A stretch of DNA of 64,000 nt from Henriciella sp. (GCA_041984335.1 JBHIYI010000008.1:46297-110296); one strand, 5' to 3'; shown: positions 39,708 to 50,164, counted from the stretch's first letter. The notes: generated from the letters alone by a model not told the origin. Numbers and translations: made by a program.

Positions 39708-41066
39708 ATGAGCTCTGCGCCAGATCGCCTTCCGCTGACGCGGGTCCTTGCTTTTGCCAGTGTTGGGATGCCGCTTGCTGCGATCGGGCTGCCCATGGCT
39801 GTCTTTGTAGCCCCCATGTATGCCGAACAGCTCGGCCTCGGCACGACCATGGTGGGCCTGATTTTCATGATCCTGCGCTTCTGGGATCTCGGCACCGATC
39901 CCGTTATGGGCTGGCTGGTTGACACGCGCCCAACCAGGAGAGGCCGGGTGAAGCATTGGCTGATTGCCAGCATTCCAGTGCTGATGCTTGGTGCCTTCTT
40001 CATGTTCATGCCGATGGGGGAGACGGTCTCGCCCGCCTATCTCGTGGTCTGGCTGATCGTCTTCTGGCTTGGTTTCACGATGCTGCAGACCCCGCATCAG
40101 TCCTGGGTGCCGATGATCACGACGGCGTATGATGAGCGCTCGCGCCTGTTCATGTGGCGCGAAATCATTTCGACCATCACGCTTTTGTCGTTGCTGATCA
40201 TCCCGACCGTCTTGGCGATCAATTTCGGCATTGATCGACGCGGACAGGTCATGGTCATGGGCGTCATTCTGATGATTGTGCTGCCTGCCACGATCGCGCT
40301 AGCCGTGTTGTTCGTACCGGATTCTCCTCCGAAAGAGAACGAACCCAAAATGAAGTTTTCCTGGGCGGCCATCAAAATCGCGTTCAGGGATCCAAATATG
40401 GTTCGCGTCCTGCTGGTCGAAATTCTGGTCGGGATAGCGATCGCGGGCACGGGTGGAACCTTCCTGTTTGCAGCGCAATGGGGGTTCGGCGTGACCGACT
40501 ATGCACCGGTTATCCTCATGGTCTTTTTCGTCGCGGGGTTCGCGGCGATGCCATTCTGGATCTGGTTGTCCAAGCGCACGGAGAAGCACATCGCATTTGT
40601 CGGAACCGCTGTCTGGTCAATTGCGACTTATATGATCTACCTGCCCTTGAGTCTGGCGGGCGGCGGCCTTGCACCGCTCCTGTTTGCTGCCGTCGTCTCC
40701 GGCCTCGGATATGGCACACCCTTTATCCTCGCCCGCTCCATGGTTGCCGATATCATCGAAGCCGAACAGGCCAAGACCGGAGAGAACCGCTCCGGCATGT
40801 ATTATTCGCTCATGTCCGGTGCCTATAAGACCGGGGCGAGTTTTGCGATCGGCATTCCCTACATCCTGCTCGGAGCATGGGTGGGCTTTGATCCCTCTGG
40901 CGACAACAGCCCCGAGGTCGTGCGCGGCGTGATGCTGGTCTTTGTCGGGGTTCCGGTAACAGCCTACGCGCTCGCTGCGATCATCATGCGAAACTACAAG
41001 CTGACGCGCGAGACCCAGACCACGAATGCGGCAAAACTTGCGCAGCGGATTTCCCATGGCTCATAG
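39708..41066 (+). CDS. MFS transporter (GPH/MFS_2-like)
   Basis: About 12 hydrophobic segments; D..TDP.MG.L.D and RSMVADII motifs. Start placed at MSSAPD (39708). Confidence 0.85.
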   Translation: MSSAPDRLPLTRVLAFASVGMPLAAIGLPMAVFVAPMYAEQLGLGTTMVGLIFMILRFWDLGTDPVMGWLVDTRPTRRGRVKHWLIASIPVLMLGAFFMFMPMGETVSPAYLVVWLIVFWLGFTMLQTPHQSWVPMITTAYDERSRLFMWREIISTITLLSLLIIPTVLAINFGIDRRGQVMVMGVILMIVLPATIALAVLFVPDSPPKENEPKMKFSWAAIKIAFRDPNMVRVLLVEILVGIAIAGTGGTFLFAAQWGFGVTDYAPVILMVFFVAGFAAMPFWIWLSKRTEKHIAFVGTAVWSIATYMIYLPLSLAGGGLAPLLFAAVVSGLGYGTPFILARSMVADIIEAEQAKTGENRSGMYYSLMSGAYKTGASFAIGIPYILLGAWVGFDPSGDNSPEVVRGVMLVFVGVPVTAYALAAIIMRNYKLTRETQTTNAAKLAQRISHGS

Positions 41067-42194
41067 GTTCATCCGGTACTGACCGCCCTTCAGGACAGGC
41101 GGCTGGAACAGATCCGTGCGGAGGCGCGACCGCGTCGGCAACAGTCCGAGACGTTGGATCGAATTCAAAAATCTCTGCTTGATCAGGCGCGCAACCACGC
41201 CGCTACCCGTGCCGCGCTCAAACCAGTTGGCATCATAATCCTTGCCGCCGCGCATCTCTCGCAGCGTATTGATCACACGCGCAGCGCGATCCGGGTAGTG
41301 CTGCACCAGCCATTCATGGAATATGTCCTTCAGCTCGTGCGGCAAGCGCAGCAGCACATAGCCTGCGCCTATCGCGCCCGCGTCTTTCGCCGTCTCGAGC
41401 AGGGCTTCGAGCTCAGGCTCATTCAGGGCCGGGATGATTGGCGCCGCCATGACGGTGACTGGAATGCCGGCATCACTCAATCGCTGCACGGCTTGATACC
41501 GCTTCCTGGGCGTCGCGGCGCGCGGCTCCATTCGCCGGGCAAGTTTCGGGTCGAGCGTGGTGATCGACACGCCCACGCGGCAGAGCTGCTTCTCCGCCAT
41601 TGGCGCGATCAGGTCGATGTCCCGCTCAATCAGCGCGGACTTGGTCAGGAGCGAAACCGGATGATTATGGTCGCTGAGAATTTGCAGAAAGCGCCGGGTC
41701 AGCTCCTGCTCACGCTCGACCGGCTGATACGCATCCGTATTCACCCCAAGCGCAATCGGACGCGGTACATAGCCCGGCCGCGACAGCTCTTTCAGCAAAA
41801 GGTCCGGGCCATCCGGTTTGAAGAATAGCTTGCTCTCAAAATCGAGCCCGGCGGACAGGCCATGATAAGCATGTGTCGGCCGCGCGAAACAATAGACACA
41901 GCCATGCTCGCAGCCTCGGTACGGATTGATGGAACGATCAAAATGGATGTCAGGCGATTTGTTGAAGGTGATAATCGTGCGCGGTGTTTCCTTCGTCAGC
42001 GTCGTCTTGAGGCGCGGCGCATCTTCCTCCACCGTGCCCCAGCCATCGTCGAGTGCTTCGCGGGTCTCGCGCTCAAATCGCCCGGTCTGGTTCGATACGG
42101 CGCCGCGCCCGCGATGATGAAAGCGCTCGCGCACCTCCGCCACCTCCGCGCGCTCCACCCGGCCCGATTTCGCCAATTTCTGTCCTGTTCTCAT
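41061..42194 (-). CDS. PA0069-family radical SAM protein (SplB-like)
   Basis: FDRSINPYRGCEHGCVYCFARPTH (CxxxCxxC), GLDFE, TDAYQP.E and LRLPHE. Confidence 0.92.
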   Translation of the reverse strand: MRTGQKLAKSGRVERAEVAEVRERFHHRGRGAVSNQTGRFERETREALDDGWGTVEEDAPRLKTTLTKETPRTIITFNKSPDIHFDRSINPYRGCEHGCVYCFARPTHAYHGLSAGLDFESKLFFKPDGPDLLLKELSRPGYVPRPIALGVNTDAYQPVEREQELTRRFLQILSDHNHPVSLLTKSALIERDIDLIAPMAEKQLCRVGVSITTLDPKLARRMEPRAATPRKRYQAVQRLSDAGIPVTVMAAPIIPALNEPELEALLETAKDAGAIGAGYVLLRLPHELKDIFHEWLVQHYPDRAARVINTLREMRGGKDYDANWFERGTGSGVVARLIKQRFLNSIQRLGLLPTRSRLRTDLFQPPVLKGGQYRMNL

Positions 42195-42218
42195 GTGTCA
42201 TCAAGAGCACAGGAACTA

Positions 42219-42233
42219 GAACAAAACAAGAAC
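42219..42233 (-). promoter_or_regulatory. Alphaproteobacterial LexA (SOS) box
   Basis: GAAC-AAAACAA-GAAC on + (GTTC-N7-GTTC on -), 25 nt upstream of the radical SAM start codon. Confidence 0.8.
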
Positions 42234-42286
42234 TTTTGGCGTGTATCCACAGTTTGTTTGCGCAATGAAGCCCGAGCGATTCCCGT

Positions 42287-43315
42287 CTATCTCAAAGCGA
42301 GCTTCAGCGCTTTTGCGAACACGCTTGGTAATCCATTTGCGGCCTGTCCATGCATCGTCTTTTGCGCCTCATCCGTTTCCGCGCGCCAGACCTTCAATGT
42401 CAGCGCAAAATGCGTGAAGACATGGCGGACCTCGCCAAGCTCCTGCCAATTCCCCTGAGACGGGAACTCTGGCTCGACCCACTCGCCTATCCAGGGAGAC
42501 GTGGGCAACCCCAGCATACCACCCAGCAAGCCCTTGTCGGGCCGGCGTTCGGTCAGCACCGTGTTCTCACCACCCAACAGGATATAGACATGGCCATACC
42601 GCTTGGGCTGGGCCTGTTTCTTCGGCTTGATCGGATAGCGTTCCGCAGCGCCCTCCTGCCGGGCGGCGCACATGTCCCGCAATGGACAGATCAGGCAATT
42701 CGGCGATTTTGGCGTGCAGATCGTTGCGCCGAGGTCCATCAGAGCTTCTGCGAACTCGGCCGGTCTGTGTTCTGGGACAAGCCCCTCAACCACAGACTTG
42801 AGGCGCGCTTTCTCGGCTTTCCACTCCCCTTTTAGCGCCATCAGCCGCGCGAATACCCGGTCGACATTGCCGTCCACAGCGGCTGCGCGGCGTCCGAAGG
42901 CCAGCGCCGCAATCGCACCCGCGGTATAGGGCCCTATGCCTGGCAGCTTAACCAGCTCCTCTGCGGTATCTGGCCACGCACCCCGAGCCGCTACTTCACG
43001 TGCACATTTCAGCAGATTGCGGGCGCGGGCATAGTATCCCAGCCCTGCCCAGGCGGACATCACCTCCTCGTCTGGCGCAGCGGCGAGGTCTTCAATACTC
43101 GGCCAGCGCTTCGTGAATTCCAGATAATACCGGGTGGCGTGCGGCACCGTGGTTTGCTGCAACATGATCTCGGCCAGCCAGACGCGATACGGGTCCGGCT
43201 TTACGCCATTGGCCCGCGCCCCCGGCCCGATCCGCCAGGGCAGTTCACGCGCCGCGCCTTCATACCAATCCAGCAATTGGTCAGAAAGGTCTGCAAAGTG
43301 TAACTTTTCATCCAT
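42287..43315 (-). CDS. mutY: A/G-specific adenine glycosylase
   Basis: EIMLQQT, WAGLGYYARARNL, HhH LPGIGPYTA, VDGNV and Fe-S motif CTPKSPNCLICPLRDMC. Start placed at MDEKLH. Confidence 0.96.
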   Translation of the reverse strand: MDEKLHFADLSDQLLDWYEGAARELPWRIGPGARANGVKPDPYRVWLAEIMLQQTTVPHATRYYLEFTKRWPSIEDLAAAPDEEVMSAWAGLGYYARARNLLKCAREVAARGAWPDTAEELVKLPGIGPYTAGAIAALAFGRRAAAVDGNVDRVFARLMALKGEWKAEKARLKSVVEGLVPEHRPAEFAEALMDLGATICTPKSPNCLICPLRDMCAARQEGAAERYPIKPKKQAQPKRYGHVYILLGGENTVLTERRPDKGLLGGMLGLPTSPWIGEWVEPEFPSQGNWQELGEVRHVFTHFALTLKVWRAETDEAQKTMHGQAANGLPSVFAKALKLALR

Positions 43316-43340
43316 GTTCATGCCGGGCAAGGTGACGCGA

Positions 43341-43916
43341 ATGGTAAAACGATCAAGCCTCGATCCGCTGGAAGAAGCTCGCGCCCGCGTCAAGCTGCGC
43401 TATGCGAAAGCCAAGCCTGTGCATCCTGGTCCCGGCACGATCGGCAAAGCTGCGATGCGTCTCACCCGCAAGTCGCTACCAAAGAAAGGCGCCACGCTCA
43501 GCCGCCTGAAAGTGCAGTGGGAGGACATTGTCGGTGAACAATTAGCGCGGCTGTGCCGTCCTGAAAAACTGACACCAGCAAAGGGTGGGCGCCGGCTCAC
43601 TTTGACGGTCATTCCGGCCGCTGCAGGCCTCGTGCAGCATCAGAGCGAAATGATTCGGCAGCGCGTCTCGGTTGCGGCAGGCGGCGACATTACCGCGATC
43701 AAGATCATGCAAGGCCATTTCGGCGCGTCGCCTCAACCGTCAAAGCCAACTCGGTCTATCCCGCTGACGCCAGAGCAACGAGACGCACTTGTCGCGAGCG
43801 CACGAGGAATTGAAGACGAAAAACTGCGGGAAGCGCTATTGGCTTTAGGAGAAGCCGTGCTAACCGCTGAACCTGAAGACCCCACGCCTGACGACGACCT
43901 GTCGCTTCCATTCTAA
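43341..43916 (+). CDS. DUF721 / DciA family protein
   Basis: W.DIVG..LA.LC.P.KL...L...VIPAAA..VQH....I..RV.......I..IKI.QG. Conserved position between mutY and dsbA. Confidence 0.8.
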   Translation: MVKRSSLDPLEEARARVKLRYAKAKPVHPGPGTIGKAAMRLTRKSLPKKGATLSRLKVQWEDIVGEQLARLCRPEKLTPAKGGRRLTLTVIPAAAGLVQHQSEMIRQRVSVAAGGDITAIKIMQGHFGASPQPSKPTRSIPLTPEQRDALVASARGIEDEKLREALLALGEAVLTAEPEDPTPDDDLSLPF

Positions 43917-43936
43917 CCTGCATGAAAGGTCCCCAC

Positions 43937-44620
43937 ATGCTTCGACTAACCCGCCGCATCACACTTGCAGCCATATCTGCGTTGGCGCTTGGCGCTTGTG
44001 GTGCAGCAGACACTGGAAACGCGCAAACCAGCGGCTCCGGCTCTGGTGAGATCGCATTGACTGACATCACGCTTGGGGACGCGGATGCACCTATCACCAT
44101 GGTAGAATATGCCAGCTGGACCTGTCCGGCTTGTCTGCAATTCCACACTGACGTCATTCCGATTCTGAGATCTGAATATATCGAGACTGGCAAAGTTCAG
44201 CTCGTATTTCGTGAGTTTCCAACCCCGCCCGCGAATATTTCGGTGGCTGGGTTCGCGCTGGCCCGCTGCGCCGGTGAAGACAGCTATTATGATGCCATAG
44301 ACGACCTGTTCCAGGCCCAGTCAAACATCATCAACCTGGCCCAGACAGGCGGTGACATTGAAGGGGCGCTGCGCAGTGTGGCATCGACCTATGGCATCGA
44401 AGGCGCCGCATTCATGGACTGCCTCTCCAACAAGGATGTCACCTATGCGATCGGTGAGTCCGTGATGAAAGGTGACAGTCAGGGCGTGAACTCAACCCCA
44501 ACTGTCTTCATCAATGGCGAGAAGCTGCAAGGCTATGAGTGGCGCACCGCCGATGGCATGCGCGCCGTCCTTGATGCCCGTCTGGGCGAAACGGACACCG
44601 CCGACACAACTGCAGAATAA
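43937..44620 (+). CDS. DsbA-family thioredoxin-fold lipoprotein, paralog 1
   Basis: TRR, lipobox LGAC, YASWTCPAC, REFP and STPT. Confidence 0.9.
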   Translation: MLRLTRRITLAAISALALGACGAADTGNAQTSGSGSGEIALTDITLGDADAPITMVEYASWTCPACLQFHTDVIPILRSEYIETGKVQLVFREFPTPPANISVAGFALARCAGEDSYYDAIDDLFQAQSNIINLAQTGGDIEGALRSVASTYGIEGAAFMDCLSNKDVTYAIGESVMKGDSQGVNSTPTVFINGEKLQGYEWRTADGMRAVLDARLGETDTADTTAE

Positions 44621-44724
44621 ACACAAGGTCGCCCACGCCTCGCCGCGTTGCGCCCGTCATTTCGCCCGCGCAACGGCGTTAACTTCTTGGCAACCAATCC
44701 GACTCAGACTGTTAAGGAAAGGTT

Positions 44725-45411
44725 ATGAGCATGCTTCGTTTCACCCGTCGCGGAACTGTAATGGCCGCTGCAGCGCTGGCGCTTGCAGCTTGTGGCTCAT
44801 CTTCGGACTCATCCGAATCGACGACCGGTTCAGGCGACGCTGGCACTGAAAAAGTTGTTCTTCAGGACATCGTATTCGGTGATCCGGAGGCCCCGGTCAC
44901 GCTGGTCGAATATGCCAGCTGGACCTGCCCGGCCTGTCTCGCATTTCACTCGCGGATCATGCCATCGATCAAGACCGATTACATTGACACCGGCAAAGTC
45001 AAACTCATCTTCCGGGAATTTCCGACGGCGCCTGCCAATGTCACTGTCGCCGGGTTTGCGCTCGCGCGCTGTACAGAAGGCGAGGCGTATTATGATATGC
45101 TTGACGAGTTGTTCGTTCGCCAGGACGCGATCCTCACGCTCGCCCGCCAGGGTGGGCCGGTCGTGGAAGCGCTGAAACAGGTCGCCGCCAATCATGGCAT
45201 TGAAGGCGATGAAGCCTTTGATGCGTGCCTGGAAAGTCAGGACAATCGCGATGCCATTCGCGCCTCGATCGCAGCTGCGCGCGCCGTGGGCGTCGATTCA
45301 ACGCCGACATTCTTTTTGAATGGCGAGCAGATGGACAGCAATGCGCGCTTATCTGTCGCCACATTTTCGGCTGAGCTGGATGCAGCTCTCGCCGCAGGCG
45401 ATAGCGAGTAA
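44725..45411 (+). CDS. DsbA-family thioredoxin-fold lipoprotein, paralog 2
   Basis: TRR, lipobox LAAC, YASWTCPAC, REFP and STPT. Confidence 0.9.
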   Translation: MSMLRFTRRGTVMAAAALALAACGSSSDSSESTTGSGDAGTEKVVLQDIVFGDPEAPVTLVEYASWTCPACLAFHSRIMPSIKTDYIDTGKVKLIFREFPTAPANVTVAGFALARCTEGEAYYDMLDELFVRQDAILTLARQGGPVVEALKQVAANHGIEGDEAFDACLESQDNRDAIRASIAAARAVGVDSTPTFFLNGEQMDSNARLSVATFSAELDAALAAGDSE

Positions 45412-45428
45412 GGGGGAATGGGGGCTGC

Positions 45429-48400
45429 ATGCAATTAAAAGAACTCCGCATCGCAGGCTTCAAATCCTTCGTCGATCCTGAATCCGTTCCAATTCTGCCA
45501 GGCCTGACCGGCATTGTCGGGCCCAATGGCTGCGGTAAGTCCAACCTGCTGGAAGCCATGCGCTGGGCCATGGGCGCGAACTCCGCCAAAGCCATGCGCG
45601 GCGGAGAAATGGATGACCTGATCTTCTCCGGCGCTGCCGGACGTCCCGCGCGGGAACTCGCGGAAGTGACACTGGTGCTCGACAACTCGCACCGCACCGC
45701 GCCGCCGGAGTTCAATAGCGCTGACACGCTCGAAATCATGCGCCGTCTGAAACGTGGTGCTGGCACGAGCTACAAGCTGAACGGGCGCACGGTGCGCGGC
45801 AAGGATATCAAGCTCCTGTTTGCCGATGCCTCAACCGGTGCCAACTCCCCTTCTCTGGTGCGTCAGGGTCAGATCAGCGAACTGATCGGGTCCAAGCCGC
45901 AAAATCGTCGACGTATCCTCGAAGAGGCTGCTGGTATTGCAGGCCTGAATACGCGCCGCCACGAGGCAGAGCTGAAACTGCGCGGTGCTGAAACCAATCT
46001 GGAACGCCTGACCGAAGTCTCAGCCGAAGTTGAGCGCCAGCTTGACAGTTTGAAGCGCCAGGCGCGAAAAGCAAGGAAATACAAAGAGTTAAGCGCTCAG
46101 ATCTCATCGCTTGAAGCGTATCTCGCGCACTTGAAGTGGCACACAGCAAAGGCAGATCAGGAAACTGCGGCGGTCGCTCTGGCCCGCGCGAAGACCGACG
46201 TCGAGCGCCTGACGCGCGAAGCCGCTGTCGCCGAAACCAGGCGGCTTGAGGCGAGCGAGGGCATCGGCCCAATGCGTACCGCCGAAGCGGTCGCGTCAGG
46301 CAAACTCGGGCAAGCCCGGATCGAACTGGCGAAGATCGAGACCGAGCGTAAAAACGCCGCCGACCTGCTTGCCGGGCTGGAACGAGAAGCGACGCGGCTC
46401 GCCGAAGATATCGTACGCGAGCAAAGCCAGAAAGAAGAAGCTGAACGAACGCTGGCCGATGCCAGGGAGGCGCTGGCCGCCCTGCCCGTCGAGAACGACA
46501 CGACCAACAAGGACAAAGAGGCAGAGGCGGAGCGCGTGCTCGCCGCCGCCAAGCAGGCGCTGGAGACCGCGCAGGCCGACGCCGATGCCAAATCCGAAGC
46601 CTTCGCCCAGAAGCGCGCGGAAATTCAGGCGCTCGAAGCCAATGCCAATGCGCATCGTCGCCGGATGGAAAGCCTCGAACAGGAAGTCCAGCACCTGCGC
46701 GGGATCGTCGAAGCGCTGCCAGACACAACCGCGCTTTCAAACGAGCTGCACATCGCGCGCGAGGCAGAGTCTGAAGCCGAGGCTGCGCTTGAAGCCGCCC
46801 AGCAAGCGCTGGAGACGGCTGAACAGACAATCCTCGACAAGCAGGAAGCTGAAGCCGCCGCGAAAGAACCCGCGGACAAAGCGCAGGACACTCTGCGGAC
46901 GCTGGAGACTGAAATTGCTGGCCTCACCCGCCTCTTGCGAAAAGCAGACGCGACGCAAAGCCCGCCTGTCGTCGAGCAGATGCGCACGCGCGATGGCTAT
47001 GAAAAAGCTGTCGCCGCGGCGCTCGGAGACGATTTGCAGGCCCCGACGGATCGGTCTGCCTCAATCTACTGGGCCGGAAGCCGCGTCACGACACAGGCTC
47101 TTCCCGGCTATGCCAAGCCTCTGACAGATTTTGTTGAGGCGCCAGGCGAACTTGCCGCCCGGCTCTCTCAGTGCGGTGTGGTCTCACGCTCTGAAGGCGA
47201 AGAACTCGCGCCTGATTTGAAGCCGGGCCAGCGCCTTGTCACGTTGGATGGCCATCTCTGGCGCTGGGACGGTTTCACCCGCACCCCGGCCGCGCCCGTC
47301 GCCGCCGCGGAACGCCTGGAACAACAAGCGAGGCTGGAAGCTGCGCAATCCGCGCTCGGCCCGCAGCGTCAGGAAGTCTCCGAGCTTCAGGCCCGGTATG
47401 CGGAGATCCGCGGCGCGCGCATCGGGGCGGAGGAAGACTTCAGACAGATCCGCCGCACCGTTCAGGATGCAACACAGCGCCTCGAGCAGGCGCGGCGCAA
47501 CCTGGCGAGCGCCAAACAGCATACCGATCGCGCCAGCCTGAAAGCCGATTCAGCAAAAGAAAACCTCGCGCGCGTCGAGTCTGATCTGCACATTGCCAGG
47601 GAAGCCTATCAGACGGCCGCGAAGCCAGAGAACACCGAAGACCTGGCGCGGCTAGAGCTGGCAGTGACCGAAGCGCGCCAAGTACTTGCAGCTGCACGAG
47701 AGCGCGAAACCGAATGCCGCGGGCGTCTGACCGACCTGACCCGAAACCGGCAACAGGCTATGGCGCGCCGCAATGCTCTGGAGCAGGATGTCGAGCGCTG
47801 GACAGGGCGGCTGGAAAGCTCCGTGACCCGTGTTCAGTCCCTGATTTCGCGCCGCGCTGAGGCAGCCAGCGAGGCAGCCGCTGCCAGAGCCCGCCCGGAA
47901 GCCCTGCAGACGCAGCTTGATACGCTCGCAGCCCGGGTCGAAACGCTGGACAGCGAACGCCAGCAAGCCGCAGATGCGCTTGCTGCCCGCGAGGCAGAAA
48001 TTCGCGAAGTTGAGGAAGCCGCGCGCTCGACCAACAATCTCGCCATGAGTGCGCGGGAAACCCTCGCCATCGCGAACGCCAAGCTTGAAAACGCCACGGA
48101 GCGGTTGTCCGAAGCCTCAGAGATTGCGCAATCCCACTTCCAGCGCGCCCCTGAAGGCTTGCTTGCCATTGCCAAAGAAGGTCTCGACGAAGAGACGATG
48201 GCGTCGCTGGACGTGAAAGAGGCCGAACGCGAGCTGGACCGCCTGCGTCTTGATCGCGAGCGCCTCGGCGGTGTGAACATGGAAGCCGAATCGGAAGTCG
48301 AGGAATTGTCTTCGCGCCTCGGACTTCAAGCTGAAGAGAAAGCCGACCTGACCTCGGCAATCGCCAAGCTTCGGGAAGGCGTGAAGGCGCTGAATGATGA

Positions 48401-48890
48401 AGGCCGGACACGCCTGCTCGCGGCCTTCGACCAGGTGAATGAGCACTTCAAAGCGCTGTTCACCACACTGTTCCGCGGCGGTGAAGCTGAGCTGCGCCTG
48501 GTCGATGCGGATGATCCGCTGGCGGCGGGCCTGGAAATCTTCGCGCAGCCTCCTGGAAAACGCCTCGGCACATTGTCCCTGATGTCAGGCGGCGAACAGG
48601 CCCTGACGGCGACGGCGCTGATCTTTGCGGTCTTCCTGTCGCGTCCGTCTCCGATTTGTGTGCTGGACGAAGTCGATGCGCCACTGGATGACGCCAATGT
48701 CGACCGGTTCTGCCGGATGCTGGACGAGATGCGCCAGCGCACGGATACGCGGTTTATTGTGATCACGCACAATCCGGTGACGATGAGCCGTATGGATCGC
48801 CTGTTCGGCGTCACGATGCGCGAAAAAGGCGTGTCAAAACTGGTCTCGGTCGACCTCGATACGGCGGAAGAGCTTGTTGCAGCGGAGTAG
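45429..48890 (+). CDS. smc: Chromosome segregation protein SMC
   Basis: GFKSF, Walker A GPNGCGKSN, QGQI, long coiled coils, signature SGGE and Walker B LDEVDAPLD. Confidence 0.98.
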   Translation: MQLKELRIAGFKSFVDPESVPILPGLTGIVGPNGCGKSNLLEAMRWAMGANSAKAMRGGEMDDLIFSGAAGRPARELAEVTLVLDNSHRTAPPEFNSADTLEIMRRLKRGAGTSYKLNGRTVRGKDIKLLFADASTGANSPSLVRQGQISELIGSKPQNRRRILEEAAGIAGLNTRRHEAELKLRGAETNLERLTEVSAEVERQLDSLKRQARKARKYKELSAQISSLEAYLAHLKWHTAKADQETAAVALARAKTDVERLTREAAVAETRRLEASEGIGPMRTAEAVASGKLGQARIELAKIETERKNAADLLAGLEREATRLAEDIVREQSQKEEAERTLADAREALAALPVENDTTNKDKEAEAERVLAAAKQALETAQADADAKSEAFAQKRAEIQALEANANAHRRRMESLEQEVQHLRGIVEALPDTTALSNELHIAREAESEAEAALEAAQQALETAEQTILDKQEAEAAAKEPADKAQDTLRTLETEIAGLTRLLRKADATQSPPVVEQMRTRDGYEKAVAAALGDDLQAPTDRSASIYWAGSRVTTQALPGYAKPLTDFVEAPGELAARLSQCGVVSRSEGEELAPDLKPGQRLVTLDGHLWRWDGFTRTPAAPVAAAERLEQQARLEAAQSALGPQRQEVSELQARYAEIRGARIGAEEDFRQIRRTVQDATQRLEQARRNLASAKQHTDRASLKADSAKENLARVESDLHIAREAYQTAAKPENTEDLARLELAVTEARQVLAAARERETECRGRLTDLTRNRQQAMARRNALEQDVERWTGRLESSVTRVQSLISRRAEAASEAAAARARPEALQTQLDTLAARVETLDSERQQAADALAAREAEIREVEEAARSTNNLAMSARETLAIANAKLENATERLSEASEIAQSHFQRAPEGLLAIAKEGLDEETMASLDVKEAERELDRLRLDRERLGGVNMEAESEVEELSSRLGLQAEEKADLTSAIAKLREGVKALNDEGRTRLLAAFDQVNEHFKALFTTLFRGGEAELRLVDADDPLAAGLEIFAQPPGKRLGTLSLMSGGEQALTATALIFAVFLSRPSPICVLDEVDAPLDDANVDRFCRMLDEMRQRTDTRFIVITHNPVTMSRMDRLFGVTMREKGVSKLVSVDLDTAEELVAAE

Positions 48891-48908
48891 ACGCGGTAGC
48901 GACTCGGC

Positions 48909-49256
48909 ATGAATACTGAGCAAAATGACGATCTCGGGGCCCGCATTGCCCGCGCCAAAAGCGCGCAGGAGGACCTTGAGAAAAAGCAGCGGCAGCACGA
49001 ATCCGCCTCTGGCGTGTCCGCTGGCGCCCTCGCTTTACGCTATGGCGCAGAGTTCGGAATGGCCGTATTTGTTGGGATTATGATCGGTTACTGGATCGAT
49101 GCAGCTTTCGGAACCAAGCCATGGGGTCTGCTGATCATGATGTGCTTCGGCCTGGCGGCTGGAATCCTAAGTGTTATTCGCGCCTACAAAGAGTTGACTG
49201 ACGCGGCTAATCCGGCCATGAGCGCCGACAAAACGGGCTCTAACCCTGAAGAATAG
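48909..49256 (+). CDS. atpI: ATP synthase protein I (AtpZ/AtpI)
   Basis: G..IGYWID..FGTKPWGL....FG..AG; first gene of the F0 cluster. Confidence 0.88.
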   Translation: MNTEQNDDLGARIARAKSAQEDLEKKQRQHESASGVSAGALALRYGAEFGMAVFVGIMIGYWIDAAFGTKPWGLLIMMCFGLAAGILSVIRAYKELTDAANPAMSADKTGSNPEE

Positions 49257-49264
49257 ACGTACAA

Positions 49265-50053
49265 ATGACTTTCTTTTTCCACGGCGCCGCCGACCCAATG
49301 CACCAGTTCGAGGTCAAGCGAATCTTCGAACTTCCGCCGGTTTTTGGCTTCGATGTCTCGTTCACCAATGCATCCTTGTGGATGCTGGTCGGTGTGGGAC
49401 TCTGCATCGCCCTGTTCGGCTATGCGGCATCGCGCGGCAAGGTCGTCCCGAACCGTCTGCAATCGGTTGGCGAGATCGGCTACGGCTTCGTCGCTGACAT
49501 GATCCGCAGCACCGCCGGCGAGGAAGGTCTGCGCTTCTTCCCGTTCGTGTTCACGCTGTTCTTCTTCATTCTGTCGGCCAACCTGATCGGCATGTCGCCC
49601 TATGCGTTCACCACGACCAGCCACATTATCGTGACCGGGGCGCTGGCGCTCCTGGTGATCGGCATCGTGATCATTTTCGGCCTGTGGAAAAACGGCCTGA
49701 AATTCTTTGGCCTTTTCGCGCCATCGCTCGGCGATATGCACATTCTCGGCAAATTGGGCATCTATGCGATCCTGATCCCAATTGAGATCATTTCCTTCAT
49801 CGCGCGGCCGCTGACACTTTCGCTGCGTCTGTTCGCCAACATGCTCGCCGGACATATCCTGCTGAAACTGTTCGCTGGTTTTGCTGTCACTGGCATTACC
49901 GCTGGCGGTATTGGCCTCGCTGTTGCGCCCCTCGCCTTCAGCATGGGTGTGGCGCTGAACGCTCTCGAATTCCTCGTCGCGGGTCTGCAAGCCTATGTGT
50001 TTGCGATCCTGACCTGCGTCTATCTGAATGACGCATTGCACCCGTCGCACTAA
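49265..50053 (+). CDS. atpB: ATP synthase F0 subunit a
   Basis: DPMHQF, PNRLQS, RPLTLSLRLFANMLAGH and LQAYVF. Confidence 0.97.
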   Translation: MTFFFHGAADPMHQFEVKRIFELPPVFGFDVSFTNASLWMLVGVGLCIALFGYAASRGKVVPNRLQSVGEIGYGFVADMIRSTAGEEGLRFFPFVFTLFFFILSANLIGMSPYAFTTTSHIIVTGALALLVIGIVIIFGLWKNGLKFFGLFAPSLGDMHILGKLGIYAILIPIEIISFIARPLTLSLRLFANMLAGHILLKLFAGFAVTGITAGGIGLAVAPLAFSMGVALNALEFLVAGLQAYVFAILTCVYLNDALHPSH

Positions 50054-50164
50054 GGAGCCCACTTCACTGCGGCTATTTAGCCGTGCTGATTCAACTTGAC
50101 GTGCCCTTACGAACAGGCTTCACGGGGCGCAAATCGAACGAAAGACTTCCCAAAGGAGATTCTC

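Noticed and set aside
45874-48958. Long overlapping ORFs within smc
   Set aside because: Shadow frames of an Ala/Glu/Arg-rich coiled-coil gene.
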